Shown piece after piece: positions 17,912-30,535 of a DNA stretch of 64,000 nucleotides. Source of the stretch: Polyangia bacterium (GTDB lineage Bacteria; Myxococcota_A; Polyangia; Fen-1088); assembly GCA_035578045.1 (NCBI GenBank), contig DATJWP010000104.1:283-64282 (forward strand), given 5' to 3'. The notes under the pieces were generated by a model. That model was not told the DNA's origin and did no database searches. It saw only the letters and a program-made list of their open reading frames with translations. The position numbers were made by a program, and so were the translations under genes. Position 1 is the stretch's first letter; each line of letters opens with the position of its first letter.

Positions 17912-18948
17912 CGGGCCCGCCGCGCCAGCCGCCGAGCCGCAAAACGCACGCTCGCCTGATCGAGGACGACCGCGACGACAATGGCACATCCAATGATGAT
18001 CCATTCGTAGTTCTGATCGAGGTGCAACGTCCGGATCGACTGCCGGATGAGGACGATGAGCACCGCCCCCAGCATGGCGTTGACTGCGCTCCCGCGACCA
18101 CCGCTCAAGCGAGCGCCGCCGACCACCGCCGAGGCGATGACGTATAACTCATATCCCGTCGCGTCTCCACAGGAGACCGACCCGTAGAAGCTGGATCCCA
18201 GGAACGCGGCCACCCCGGCCGTCAGCCCGGCCAGCAGGTAGACCCCCACCTGGATCCGCCCCAGACGCAGCCCGGCGAAGCGGCTGGCCTCGGCGTTACC
18301 TCCAAGGGCATACACGTGACGCCCCATGACGGTCTGCCCCAGGTACACCGCCCCCAGCGCCGCGACGGCCACCATGGCCAGCATGGGGACCGGGTACAGC
18401 GCCGCGCCCAGCCCCAGGGGCGCCTTGGCGAAGCGAACCAGCGCCTCGGGGAGCAGGATGCTCTCCGCCTTGCTGATCACGAAGGCGATGCCGCGCAGGA
18501 TCCACATGCTGCCCAGGGTGACGATGAAGGGATGTACCCGAAGCCCCACCACGAGCAGGCCGTTCAGCGCCCCGGCGGCAGCTCCGATGCCCGCGCAGAC
18601 GCAGACCGCCAGCAGCACGGCGCCGGCGCCGCTGGCCGGCGGGTGGGCGCGCAGCGCCAGCCCCATGCTCACCCCGGCCAGGGCGTAGACCGACCCGACC
18701 GAGAGGTCGATCCCCCCCGAGATGATCACGATGGTCGCCCCGACCGCCATGATGGCGATGAAGCTGGCGTCGGTGGCCGTCTGGATGAGCGTGTACGAGT
18801 TGAAGAAGTTGTTGACGGTCCGGCCGGTCGCCTCGTCCAGGTGCGACCCGGCCGCCAGCGAGAGACCGATCACCATCAGCGTGATGATCGCCAGCAGCCC
18901 GGCCTGCTCGGCCCTGAGCAGCCGCTCCAGGCGGTGGCGGACGCTCAT
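17908..18948 (-). CDS. sugar ABC transporter permease (RbsC-like)
   Basis: From ATG 18948: MSVRHRLERLLRAEQAGLLAIITLMVIGL..., with multiple hydrophobic helices. The track N-terminal extension to 19290 is R/G-rich and overlaps the FAH gene. ATGA overlap with the FAH stop. Confidence 0.85.
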   Translation of the reverse strand: MSVRHRLERLLRAEQAGLLAIITLMVIGLSLAAGSHLDEATGRTVNNFFNSYTLIQTATDASFIAIMAVGATIVIISGGIDLSVGSVYALAGVSMGLALRAHPPASGAGAVLLAVCVCAGIGAAAGALNGLLVVGLRVHPFIVTLGSMWILRGIAFVISKAESILLPEALVRFAKAPLGLGAALYPVPMLAMVAVAALGAVYLGQTVMGRHVYALGGNAEASRFAGLRLGRIQVGVYLLAGLTAGVAAFLGSSFYGSVSCGDATGYELYVIASAVVGGARLSGGRGSAVNAMLGAVLIVLIRQSIRTLHLDQNYEWIIIGCAIVVAVVLDQASVRFAARRLARRAR

Positions 18949-19799
18949 GCGATCCGGTGACGGGCGCTCCCCAGCCCGTCGATGCCGTACTCGACGACGT
19001 CGCCGGCCCGCAGGTAGAGGGGTGGCTTCCGCCCCAGCCCGACACCGGCCGGCGTCCCGGTGCTGATCACGTCGCCCGGGAGCAGCGTCATGAAGCCCGA
19101 CACGTAGCTGACCAGCGTCGGGACGTCGAAGATCATCTGCCCGGTCGAGCTCTTCTGGCGGGGCTGGCCGTTCACGTTCAACCAGATGGACGCGGCCCCC
19201 AAGGAAGTACCAAGTTCCGGCATCTCGTCGCGCGTCACCAGGGTGGGGCCCAGCGGGGCGAACCCGTCGGCGCTCTTCCCTTTGGTCCACTGGCCGCCGC
19301 GCTCGATCTGGAAGGCCCGCTCCGAGTAGTCGTTGTGCAGGACGAACCCGGCGACGTGGGCCAGCGCCGCTTCCCGGGAAACGGTCTTGGCGCGCGCGCC
19401 GATGACCAGCGCCAGCTCCACCTCGTGGTCCAGCTTCTCCGACCCGGGCGGCAGCGGCACGTCGTCGTTCGGCCCGGCGATCGCGCTGGTCGCCTTCATG
19501 AAGACGATCGGCTCGGTCGGGATCGCCGCGCCGGTCTCCTGGGCGTGGTCGCGGTAGTTGAGCCCGATGCAGACCAGCTTGGACGGACGGGCCACCGCCG
19601 GTCCCAGGCGCGCGCCGGCGGGGACGCGTGGCGCCCTGGGCCCCTCGTCCTGGGCCCAGGCCGCGAGGCGCGTCAGGCCATCGCCCGCGAAGAACCGCTC
19701 ATCCCAGTCGCCGCCGAACCCGGACGCGTCGACCCGCTCCTCGCCCACCAGGAGCCCCGGCTTCTCGGCCCCGGCGGGCCCGAACCGAAACAACTTCAT
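18945..19799 (-). CDS. fumarylacetoacetate hydrolase (FAH) family protein
   Basis: 284 aa. MKLFRFGPAGAEKPGLLVGEERVDASGF...GLNYRDHAQE...HEVELALVIG...PGDVISTGTPAGVG, typical of the FAH/2-keto-4-pentenoate hydratase family. Confidence 0.85.
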   Translation of the reverse strand: MKLFRFGPAGAEKPGLLVGEERVDASGFGGDWDERFFAGDGLTRLAAWAQDEGPRAPRVPAGARLGPAVARPSKLVCIGLNYRDHAQETGAAIPTEPIVFMKATSAIAGPNDDVPLPPGSEKLDHEVELALVIGARAKTVSREAALAHVAGFVLHNDYSERAFQIERGGQWTKGKSADGFAPLGPTLVTRDEMPELGTSLGAASIWLNVNGQPRQKSSTGQMIFDVPTLVSYVSGFMTLLPGDVISTGTPAGVGLGRKPPLYLRAGDVVEYGIDGLGSARHRIA

Positions 19800-19938
19800 G
19801 CCGGCACTTTACACCCGGGGTTTGAGCCAGAACGACGATTGGGATAGCTTCGCGGCGTGCAGGGGTTGGTGATGGTCGCGGCGGTCGTCCTGCCGATCTC
19901 AGGGCCCAGAGCGTGGCGACCGCCCAGCGGCCGCTGAT

Positions 19939-22900
19939 TCAGGCGGGCGCGGCGGCGGCGGCCTCGGCCGCGGTCTCCTCGATGACGACCAGCAAGTCCC
20001 CGGCCTCCACGCTCTCGCCGGCCCCGGCGACGATCTCGCGCACGGTCCCGCTGACCGGCGCCTTGATGACCGTCTCCAGCTTCATCGCCTCGGTGACCAG
20101 CAGCTTCTGCCCGGCCTTCACCTGCTCGCCCACCTTGGTGACCAGATCGATGACCCGCCCGGGCATGGGCGCGCCGACCTCGCCCGGCTTGGTGGTGGCG
20201 CGCCGGCGCTTGGGCCCGCTCACCTTGGCCGAGTCGTCGGCCACGCGCAGCTGTCGCGACTGGCCGTTCACCTCGAAGGTCAACACGCGCGCGCCGTCCG
20301 GCTCGACCTCGCCGATCGACAGCAGCTTCACGATCAGCGTCTTGCCGGGCTCGATGTCGATCCAGGCTTCCTCGCCGACGCGCAGGCCGTAGAAGAAGGT
20401 GGGGGTCGGGAGCACCGAGGTGTCGCCGTGCAGCGCGCGGTGCTCCATGTAGCCGCGCAGCACCTTGGGGTAGAGCGCGAACGACACGACGTCGCGCCGC
20501 GCGACCTCGACCCCGGCCAGCGCCTCCATCTCGCGCTTGGCGCCCGCCCAGTCGAACGGGGGCATGCTGGCGCCCGGGCGCCCCTCGACCGTGGCCGCTC
20601 CCTTCAGGATGTCGCTGCGCAGCGGCTCGGGGAACCCACCGGGCGGCTTGCCCAGCGAGCCGCGCATGAAGTCGATCACCGACTCGGGGAACGTCAGCTC
20701 GCGGGCGCGCGCCGAGACGCCCTTGCCGTCCAGCCCCTGCTTGACCATCCAGATGGCCATGTCGCCCACGACCTTGGACGACGGCGTCACCTTGGGGATG
20801 TCGCCGAAGAGCTGGTTCACCTCGCCGTAGGCGTGCTTGACCGCCTCCCAGCCGTCGCCGACGCCCAGCGCCTCGGCCTGCGCCCTCAGGTTCGAGTACT
20901 GGCCGCCTGGAATCTCGTGCTGGTAGACGTCGGCGGCGGGCGCCTTCAGGCCCGACTCGAACGGGGCGTAGTAGGCGCGCACCGGCTCCCAGTAGGCCGA
21001 CAGCTTCTCGAAGATCTCCGCCGACATCCTGGGATCGCGCGGCGCCCCGGCCAGCGCGAACGACAGCGAGGACAGCGACGGCTGCGACGTCATGCCGGCC
21101 ATGCTGCTGACCGCGCCGTCGACCACCGCCACGCCGGCGTCGATGGCGGCCAGGTTGGCGGCCACGCTGTTGCCGGCCGTGTCGTGCATGTGCAGGTGCA
21201 GCGGCACGTCGACCGCGTCGCGCAGCGCCTTCACCAGCATGGTCGCCGCGCGCGGCCGCAGCAGGCCCGCCATGTCCTTGATGCACAGCAGGTGCGTCCC
21301 GCGGCGGACGATCTCCTTGGCCAGGTTCACGTAGTACTTGAGGTCGTACTTGGTGCGGGTCGGGTCCGAGACGTCGCCCGTGTAGCAGATGGCCGTCTCG
21401 ACGATGCGCCCGGTCTTCTGCGCCGCCTCGATGGCGACCACCATGTTGTCGACGTCGTTCAGCGCGTCGAAGATCCGGAACACGTCCATCCCCGCCGCCG
21501 CGGCCTCCTGGATGAAGGAGACCACCACGTCGTCGGGGTAGTTGGTGTAGCCGACCGCGTTGGCCCCGCGGACCAGCATCTGGAACATCACGTTCGGGAC
21601 CAGGCGCCGCAGCTCCTCCAGCCGGACCCAGGGGTCCTCGGACAGGAACCGGTAGGCGACGTCGAACGTCGCGCCCCCCCACATCTCCAGCGAGAACAGG
21701 TCGTGCGCCAGGTGCGCCGTGGCGGGCGCCACCCGGTTCAGGTCGTAGCTGCGCACGCGCGTCGCCAGCAGCGACTGGTGCGCGTCGCGCCAGGTGGTGT
21801 CGGTCAGGCGAACGCGCGGGTCATTCCGGAGCATCCGGACGATCCCGTCCGGGCCTTCCCTGTCCAGGAGCTGCTTGGTCCCGGCGGGCGGCGCCGCTTT
21901 GGGGGCGGGTGGCGGGATGGCGTCGGCGGCCAGCACCGAGACCGGCGGCTTGGGCTTGCCGCGCACGGTCGGGTGTCCGTTGACGATGGTCGAGCCGATG
22001 TAGCGCAGGATGCGCGTCGCGCGGTCCCGCCGCGGCTGGTACTGCACCAGCTCGGGCGTCTCGTCGATGAACGTCGTGTGCGCCTTGCCGGCCGCGAAGG
22101 TCGGGTGCAGCAGCACGTTCTCGAGGAACGCCAGGTTCGTCTTGACCCCGCGGATCCGGAACTCGCGCAGCGAGCGGACCACCTTGCGGCGGGCGTAGTT
22201 CCACTCGAGCCCGCTGGCCGTGATCTTCACCAGCAGCGAGTCGTAGTAGGGCGAGACGCGCGCCCCCACGTAGCCCGACCCGTCGTCCAGGCGGATCCCC
22301 AGCCCCGCCGCCGCCCGGAACACCTGGATCTTGCCGGTGTCGGGCAGGAAGTCGTTCTTGGGGTCCTCGGCGGTGACGCGCACCTGGATGGCCACGCCCC
22401 GCTGCACGACGTCGGCCTGGGACGCGATCCCGATCTCGGGATCGGACAGCTTGTAGCCCTGGGCGATGCGGATCTGCGACTGCACCAGGTCGCGCCCGGT
22501 GATCGCCTCGGTCACGGTGTGCTCGACCTGGATGCGCGGGTTGACCTCGATGAAGTAGTGGCGGCCGTCCTCGCCGACCAGGAACTCGACCGTGCCCGCG
22601 TTGGCGTAGCCGACCTGGCGGCCGATCTTCAGCGCGTCGTCGGCCAGGCGCGCCCGCAGCTCCTGCGGCAGCGACCAGGCCGGCGCGTACTCGACGACCT
22701 TCTGGTGGCGCCGCTGCACCGAGCAGTCGCGCTCGAACAGGTGCACCAGGCTGCCGTGGTTGTCGCCCAGGATCTGCACCTCGATGTGCTTGGGGCGGCT
22801 GACCAGCTTCTCCAGAAAGACGGCGTCGTCGCCGAAAGCCTTCTTGGCCTCGGAGCGGGCCCGGTCCAGCAGCTCGGGCAGCTCGGCGGCGCTGCGCACG

Positions 22901-23430
22901 ACGCGCATCCCGCGCCCGCCGCCGCCCGCCGAAGCCTTGATCATGACCGGGTAGCCGGCCTGCTCGGCGAACGCCCGGGCCGCCTCCAGCGAGCGGACCG
23001 CGTCGGGCGTGCCTGGAACCGTCGAGACGCCGGCGGCCGCCGCGATCTTGCGGGCGGCGACCTTGTCCCCCAGCGCCTCGATCGCTTCGGGCGTCGGGCC
23101 GATGAAGACGATCCCTGCCTCGCGGCACTTGCGTGCAAAAGAGGCGCGCTCCGAGAGCAGGCCATAGCCCGGGTGGATGGCGTCCGCGTCGTGACGCTTG
23201 GCCAGCTCGACGATCTCGTCCTCAGCCAGGTAGGCGGCCACCGGCTCCAGCCCCTTGCCGACCAGGTAGGCCTCGTCGGCCTTGTACCGGTGCAGGTGGA
23301 CCCGGTCCTCTTCCGAGAAGATGGCGATCGTTCGGAACCCGAGCTCCGTGCAGGCGCGGAACACGCGGATCGCGATCTCGCCGCGGTTCGCGCAGAGCAC
23401 GCGCTTGAAGGGGGCAATGGGCGTGGCCAT
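19939..23430 (-). CDS. pyc: pyruvate carboxylase
   Basis: 1163 aa with a biotin carboxylase N-terminus (KRVLCANRGEIAIRVFRAC), a carboxyltransferase middle domain and a C-terminal biotinyl domain (EAMKLE). Confidence 0.95.
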   Translation of the reverse strand: MATPIAPFKRVLCANRGEIAIRVFRACTELGFRTIAIFSEEDRVHLHRYKADEAYLVGKGLEPVAAYLAEDEIVELAKRHDADAIHPGYGLLSERASFARKCREAGIVFIGPTPEAIEALGDKVAARKIAAAAGVSTVPGTPDAVRSLEAARAFAEQAGYPVMIKASAGGGGRGMRVVRSAAELPELLDRARSEAKKAFGDDAVFLEKLVSRPKHIEVQILGDNHGSLVHLFERDCSVQRRHQKVVEYAPAWSLPQELRARLADDALKIGRQVGYANAGTVEFLVGEDGRHYFIEVNPRIQVEHTVTEAITGRDLVQSQIRIAQGYKLSDPEIGIASQADVVQRGVAIQVRVTAEDPKNDFLPDTGKIQVFRAAAGLGIRLDDGSGYVGARVSPYYDSLLVKITASGLEWNYARRKVVRSLREFRIRGVKTNLAFLENVLLHPTFAAGKAHTTFIDETPELVQYQPRRDRATRILRYIGSTIVNGHPTVRGKPKPPVSVLAADAIPPPAPKAAPPAGTKQLLDREGPDGIVRMLRNDPRVRLTDTTWRDAHQSLLATRVRSYDLNRVAPATAHLAHDLFSLEMWGGATFDVAYRFLSEDPWVRLEELRRLVPNVMFQMLVRGANAVGYTNYPDDVVVSFIQEAAAAGMDVFRIFDALNDVDNMVVAIEAAQKTGRIVETAICYTGDVSDPTRTKYDLKYYVNLAKEIVRRGTHLLCIKDMAGLLRPRAATMLVKALRDAVDVPLHLHMHDTAGNSVAANLAAIDAGVAVVDGAVSSMAGMTSQPSLSSLSFALAGAPRDPRMSAEIFEKLSAYWEPVRAYYAPFESGLKAPAADVYQHEIPGGQYSNLRAQAEALGVGDGWEAVKHAYGEVNQLFGDIPKVTPSSKVVGDMAIWMVKQGLDGKGVSARARELTFPESVIDFMRGSLGKPPGGFPEPLRSDILKGAATVEGRPGASMPPFDWAGAKREMEALAGVEVARRDVVSFALYPKVLRGYMEHRALHGDTSVLPTPTFFYGLRVGEEAWIDIEPGKTLIVKLLSIGEVEPDGARVLTFEVNGQSRQLRVADDSAKVSGPKRRRATTKPGEVGAPMPGRVIDLVTKVGEQVKAGQKLLVTEAMKLETVIKAPVSGTVREIVAGAGESVEAGDLLVVIEETAAEAAAAAPA

Positions 23431-23505
23431 CGGCCCGCAGAACTACCACTAGAGCGGAGGGGCTGGGAAGGTCGATCGTGCCGGTTGAAGAACGAGAAGA
23501 CGAGG

Positions 23506-26103
<2,598 letters not shown>

Positions 26104-26188
26104 GGTTGCCCACCCGTGTCATCGGCTGCCCCGACGCCCCCGTTGAGGGCGGCTGAGCTCCCGTGCGGGCGGACACCCCGCGGGCGCG

Positions 26189-26593
26189 CTAGCGCTTGAT
26201 GCCGAGCAGCAGGTCCATGGTGGCCTGGTCGGCGGCCGGGAACCGGTAGTTCTCGAACTCGCTGGAGGCGACCCAGCGGCAGTCGGCCACGCGGACAGCC
26301 TTCGGCTCTGCGGCGCCGGCGATCTCGGCCTGGTAGAGGGCCAGGTCGACCGAGTAACCGTCGTAGTCGTGGGTGCGACGCCCGATGCAGACACCGACCG
26401 TCACGTCGACGCCCACACGCTCGCGCACCTCGCGCCGCAGCGCCTCGGTGTCGGTCTCCCCCTCCTCGACGCGGCCGCCGGGAAACTCCCACAGGCCGGC
26501 CAGCACGGCGGACGGACGTCGCTGCGTGATCAGATATCGCTCGTTGCGCGCGACGACCGCCGCGACGACCCGCAGGTGAGAGGGTTTGCCCAT
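26189..26593 (-). CDS. NUDIX hydrolase (MutT-like)
   Basis: Nudix box GLWEFPGGRVEEGETDTEALRREVRERVGV. The start is probably ATG 26593 (MGKPSHLRVVAAVV); the track start is 26635. Confidence 0.85.
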   Translation of the reverse strand: MGKPSHLRVVAAVVARNERYLITQRRPSAVLAGLWEFPGGRVEEGETDTEALRREVRERVGVDVTVGVCIGRRTHDYDGYSVDLALYQAEIAGAAEPKAVRVADCRWVASSEFENYRFPAADQATMDLLLGIKR

Positions 26594-26627
26594 GATGGTC
26601 CGACAATATTGTGGTAACACCGCCTCG

Positions 26628-27050
26628 ATGGTCAAACGAGTGACACCACCCGAGGCCGCGGCCCTGCTGGAGCAGGGCTGGAGCTACCTGGATGTGCGGT
26701 CGATTCCCGAGTTCGAGGCCGGGCACCCGCCCGGCGCGGCCAACATCCCGCTGCTGCACTTCACGGGTGGCCGGATGAGCCCCAATCCCGACTTCCAGAA
26801 GGTCGTCCAGGCCGTCTACCCCCCGGACACCAAGCTGGTCGTCGGCTGCAAGATGGGTGGCCGATCGCTCCAGGCGGCCGCCCTGCTCGAGGCCGCCGGC
26901 TACACCAGCGTGGTCGACATGCGGGGCGGCTTCGCCGGCGAGCAAGACGCCATGGGTCGGGTGACCTGCGCCGGCTGGGCGGGGCAGCTGCCGGTGGAAC
27001 AAACGGCCCCCGTCGAAAAGACCTACGCCGAGCTCTCGAAGAAGGCCTGA
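26628..27050 (+). CDS. rhodanese-domain protein
   Basis: MVKRVTPPEAAALLEQGWSYLDVRSIPEFEAGHPPGAANIP...VVGCKMGGRSLQAAALLEAAGY, with the CxxGxR active-site loop. The start could be 26586. Confidence 0.8.
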   Translation: MVKRVTPPEAAALLEQGWSYLDVRSIPEFEAGHPPGAANIPLLHFTGGRMSPNPDFQKVVQAVYPPDTKLVVGCKMGGRSLQAAALLEAAGYTSVVDMRGGFAGEQDAMGRVTCAGWAGQLPVEQTAPVEKTYAELSKKA

Positions 27051-27093
27051 AGAAAGGGCCTCGGGCCAGGCTCAGGCTCTGCCCGGAGGCCGG

Positions 27094-27120
27094 AAGCGGG
27101 AGGCCGGAAGCCCGCTTTTT
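27094..27120 (+). terminator. intrinsic terminator after the rhodanese gene
   Basis: AAGCGGG-N10-CCCGCTT hairpin running into TTTTT, about 45 nt after the stop, between convergent genes. Confidence 0.55.
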
Positions 27121-27126
27121 CTGCTC

Positions 27127-29124
27127 TTACTGTCCGACCGAGATCCCGTTCTTCTGGCAGACCGCGTGGACCAGGCTTCGGTTGCGGTCGTCCAGGCGGG
27201 CGTAGGCGTGCTCGGCGGCCTCGGCGTCCTTCAGCGAGCAGGAGCAGACGGCCAGGATCTGATAGGCGTCGGTCCAGCCGGGCTTGGCGCGTAGCGCCCG
27301 CCGCGACAGCTCCATCGCGGCGCCGCACTGCTGGCGCAGCCAGGCTTCGCGCGCCTGCTTCATCAGCGTCTCCGCGTCCTCGGCCTCGGCCGGCGCGGCG
27401 GGGATTGGCTCGGACTGGTCGGCCCTGGCGGCCTCGGACCGGCGGGTCGGCTCCGGCCGCTCGACCGTCGTCGTCGAGGCCAGCTGCCGGGATCGAGCGG
27501 CGGGCCTTCCGGCTGCGGCGACGACCACCGGCGCCTCGGGACGCGCGCGGCAGGTCCGCGCCAGCTCCCGGACGGCGGCGTTCTTCGGATCCAGCCGCAG
27601 CACCTGACTGGCCTCGACGCGCATGTCGGCGCAACGCCCCTCGGCCCGCGCCTTCTCGGCAGCGGATGTGTGCTCGGCGACCACCATCCCGCGCGCCTCC
27701 TCGTAGCGCGGCTGCGCCCGCTTCCGGTAGACGCTCTCGACCGGAATCCGCGCGTATCCGGTCACCGCCGCCGCGTAGTCCTTGGCGCTGGCCGCCTCGT
27801 CGAACTGCGCGTAGAGGGTCGCGCCCTGGCGCTCGACGTCGATCTTGCGGGCCAGCATGGCAGCCTCGCGGCGGGCACCCGGGTCGGCGGTCGCCGGATC
27901 GATTTGCCCCAGATCGGCCTGGGCGCCGTTCCAGTCTTCGGCGGCCATCGCCTGCCGGGTGGCGGCCAGCAGCCCGGCGGCCGTGGCCGGCGGAGCCGCC
28001 GGCGCGACCCGCGGGGGCGCCGGGGTCGGTGCGACGGGGGCGGCCTGTGCCGGGGCAGGCGGCGGGGACGCGGCGACCGGCTCGGTCGTCTCGGGCGCGC
28101 GCGAGCCGCGGTGCAAGAACAGCGCGAGCAGCGCCATCGCAGCCAGGGCGCCGCCGCCGACGGCGATCAGCGGGGCCGGAATCCGCCGCTGGATGCCCAT
28201 CGCGCGGCCGTCGAACACGAACTGTTCCTGCGGCGCGACGAATCGGAGCTTCACGTGCCCCAGCTCGACGACGTCGCCCGAGTTCATCTCGATGCGCTCG
28301 TAGTCCTCGCCGTTGACCCGGACGCCGTTCGCGCTCTGCAGGTCGACGATGGTGTAGCGATCGCCCTCGCGCACGATCTTGGCGTGGTGACGCGAGATCG
28401 ACCGGTGGTTCAGGACCGCGTCGTTCTCGGTGGTCCGGCCGATCACCAGCGACGGCTTGTCGAGTCGGACCTCGAACCCGGCCAGATCGGTGGTCAGCAC
28501 GACCAGCCGGGCAGGCGGACCGGTCTCCGCCGCCCGCTCGGCGCTCTGTTCGGTCAGCGCGCGCAGCGGAATGGTCGGCTGCGCCTCGACCGGCTCGACG
28601 ACGATCGCGGCTTCCGGCACGGCGGCCACCGGCTGTGGCGGCGAGGTCTTGGTGCGCGAGCGAGGCGCGGTCGCCGGCGCCACCTGGGCGGCCGGCTGCG
28701 CCGCCATGGCGGCGACCGAGGCGCGTCCGGGGATCGCCACGGCGCCACCAACGGTCGCCATGGGACCCATCGGGCCCAAGGCACTGTTGACGGCCGGCAT
28801 GGTCGGCATCGTGGGCCGGTCGGCGATCGCAGGCTGCTCGCCGCGCAGCGCGATCCGGTAGTCGCCGATCTGGACCTCGTCGCCCTCGCGCAGCGGCGTG
28901 GCCGAAACGATCTTGGCCCCGTTGACGCGGACGCCGGTGAAGCTGGCGAGGTCCTCGATGTAGATCGCGCCGTTCTGGCGCGAGAGGCGCGCGTGTCGCC
29001 GTGACACGTTGCGCTCCGTCAGGCGGATGGTGTTTCCCTCCAGACGCCCGATGGTCATCTCGTCGCGCGTGAGCGGGACGACTGTCGTCTTCCCCTCATC
29101 GTCTTCGATGCTCAGCTTGAACAC
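27127..29124 (-). CDS. protein with two FHA domains, a Pro/Ala-rich TM region and a C-terminal helical-repeat region
   Basis: 665 aa. First FHA domain: TIGRLEGNTIRLTERNVSRRHARLSRQNGAIYIEDLASFTGVRVNG. Second FHA domain: LVIGRTTENDAVLNHRSISRHHAKIVREGDRYTIVDLQSANGVRVNG. Confidence 0.85.
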   Translation of the reverse strand: MFKLSIEDDEGKTTVVPLTRDEMTIGRLEGNTIRLTERNVSRRHARLSRQNGAIYIEDLASFTGVRVNGAKIVSATPLREGDEVQIGDYRIALRGEQPAIADRPTMPTMPAVNSALGPMGPMATVGGAVAIPGRASVAAMAAQPAAQVAPATAPRSRTKTSPPQPVAAVPEAAIVVEPVEAQPTIPLRALTEQSAERAAETGPPARLVVLTTDLAGFEVRLDKPSLVIGRTTENDAVLNHRSISRHHAKIVREGDRYTIVDLQSANGVRVNGEDYERIEMNSGDVVELGHVKLRFVAPQEQFVFDGRAMGIQRRIPAPLIAVGGGALAAMALLALFLHRGSRAPETTEPVAASPPPAPAQAAPVAPTPAPPRVAPAAPPATAAGLLAATRQAMAAEDWNGAQADLGQIDPATADPGARREAAMLARKIDVERQGATLYAQFDEAASAKDYAAAVTGYARIPVESVYRKRAQPRYEEARGMVVAEHTSAAEKARAEGRCADMRVEASQVLRLDPKNAAVRELARTCRARPEAPVVVAAAGRPAARSRQLASTTTVERPEPTRRSEAARADQSEPIPAAPAEAEDAETLMKQAREAWLRQQCGAAMELSRRALRAKPGWTDAYQILAVCSCSLKDAEAAEHAYARLDDRNRSLVHAVCQKNGISVGQ

Positions 29125-29209
29125 GGCGAGACCCTCGAAATCAGCGGGCCTTTTGACTGTATCCGCCGCCCTCGCCCTGAGTCAATGCCGCACCCGATGC
29201 GCCGCGCGA

Positions 29210-29449
29210 TCAACGGGAAACGCCGATGGCCGCCGCGATCACGATCCCCATCCCTATGAGGAGCGCCCCGGCGACGACCGCCACCGCCATGTTCTTGTTC
29301 TCGTGGATCTCGCGCCGGAGGTTGTACGGGGTGATCAGCTCCCACAGGTAGTACCCGACGATCAGCAGCACGATGCCCGACAGCCCGAAGAGGGTGAAGT
29401 CGAGGAGCTGGTGCGCCAGCGGCGCGGTGGCCAGTGGCGCGACGGGCAT
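29210..29449 (-). CDS. DUF350-like small membrane protein
   Basis: 79 aa with two hydrophobic helices. The WELITPYNLRREIHENKNMAVAV segment resembles the DUF350 family (from memory). Confidence 0.65.
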   Translation of the reverse strand: MPVAPLATAPLAHQLLDFTLFGLSGIVLLIVGYYLWELITPYNLRREIHENKNMAVAVVAGALLIGMGIVIAAAIGVSR

Positions 29450-29453
29450 CCGA

Positions 29454-30449
29454 TCAGAGGCTCCGGAGCTCCGGGTAGGTGGTCATGACGTCGGTCTCGG
29501 TCATCGAGTCGTTGGGATCGGCAGGCGTCCAGACGACCTCGAGCCCGAGCATGGCGTCGGGCGACACGCCCCCCAGCTCGGAAAGCAGGGCCCCCAGCTC
29601 CTCCGGACCGCTCGGCTGCCCGAACTTCTCCAGCGGCGTCCGCGTGGCGGCCAGGATTGTGACGACGATCAACTCCAGAGCCTCTCGCCCCTCCTCGGCG
29701 GGCGCCTCCGACCGGGACACCCGCCCGTCGGCCCCCCGGATCCGCTCGATCTGGAAACGGCCGCGCTCGGCCAGCGCCAGGCCGTTCATCGCGGTCTCGG
29801 CGTTGGTCAGGCTCATCGGCCCCCGCCCCTCGGCCCCGGCGTAGCGGACGGCGTCCTTTTCGCGCAGCAGCTCCAGCGCGGTCTGCTGCAGGAGGGCGGT
29901 CAGGCCCGCCTCGGTCGACGTGTCGCCGCGCGTGGCGAAGTCGGCCAGGCGCTCTTGGATGCCGCGCGCGGACCGGCCGAGCGCCAGCTGCAGCCGATAG
30001 AGATAGGCGCGGCCAGGCATGGCCACCACCTGCCCGCCGTCATCGTCGTCGCCGTACCCGTAGCCCGGCGTGCCCATCCGGCGGCAGGTCCGGACCGCCC
30101 GGACGACGGAGGCCACCGCCAACCCGACAATCACCACGCCCAGCAGCGGGCCGATGGTCCCGAACCCGTAGCCACCGAAGCCCGGAAAAAAGAAGAAGCG
30201 CGGTCCGCCGTAGCCGTAACCCGAGCCATAGCCGTAGCCTGGCGAGCTGTAGCCGGGGGAGCTGTAGCCGCCGCCCGAGTAGCCGGGCGCCGACATCCCG
30301 CCGCCCGACCGGAAGCCCAGCCGGCCACCGAAGCTGGAGCCGGACCGAGGGCCGGCCAGCGCGGGCGAGGCCAGCCCGGCCGTGAGGATCACCACGACGG
30401 TGGCCAGAGCCAGCGCCAGGAATCGGCGTGCGCGGCGGGCGATGTTCAT
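29454..30449 (-). CDS. DUF1517-like membrane protein with a Gly/Tyr/Ser-rich N-terminal region
   Basis: 331 aa. Signal/TM segment, GGYSSPGYSSPGYGYGSGYGYGG low-complexity region, TM segment, then a conserved C-terminal domain ending LGLEVVWTPADPNDSMTETDVMTTYPELRSL. Confidence 0.7.
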   Translation of the reverse strand: MNIARRARRFLALALATVVVILTAGLASPALAGPRSGSSFGGRLGFRSGGGMSAPGYSGGGYSSPGYSSPGYGYGSGYGYGGPRFFFFPGFGGYGFGTIGPLLGVVIVGLAVASVVRAVRTCRRMGTPGYGYGDDDDGGQVVAMPGRAYLYRLQLALGRSARGIQERLADFATRGDTSTEAGLTALLQQTALELLREKDAVRYAGAEGRGPMSLTNAETAMNGLALAERGRFQIERIRGADGRVSRSEAPAEEGREALELIVVTILAATRTPLEKFGQPSGPEELGALLSELGGVSPDAMLGLEVVWTPADPNDSMTETDVMTTYPELRSL

Positions 30450-30535
30450 CTTGCGTCAAGTCTAAGCCGCGGCGGGGACCCGGGCAAAGCCCCCCTTGCG
30501 GGCCGCCAGTGGGCAGCGTGAAATGAGATGCAGCC

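Noticed and set aside
18949-19290. N-terminal extensions of several track ORFs: permease to 19290, SBP to 18004, batA to 59822, prmC to 53813, ydeI-like to 51757, thrC to 10285.
   Set aside because: The extensions are R/G/P-rich and overlap the upstream gene or spacer. They are followed by an internal ATG that gives a normal N-terminus (signal peptide or conserved motif), often in an ATGA overlap with the upstream stop.
29125-29209. TTGACT...AGTCAA 6-bp inverted repeat upstream of the FHA gene, considered as a possible operator.
   Set aside because: The arms are short with a 21-nt spacer, and this is easily expected by chance. No supporting repetition was seen elsewhere in the window.
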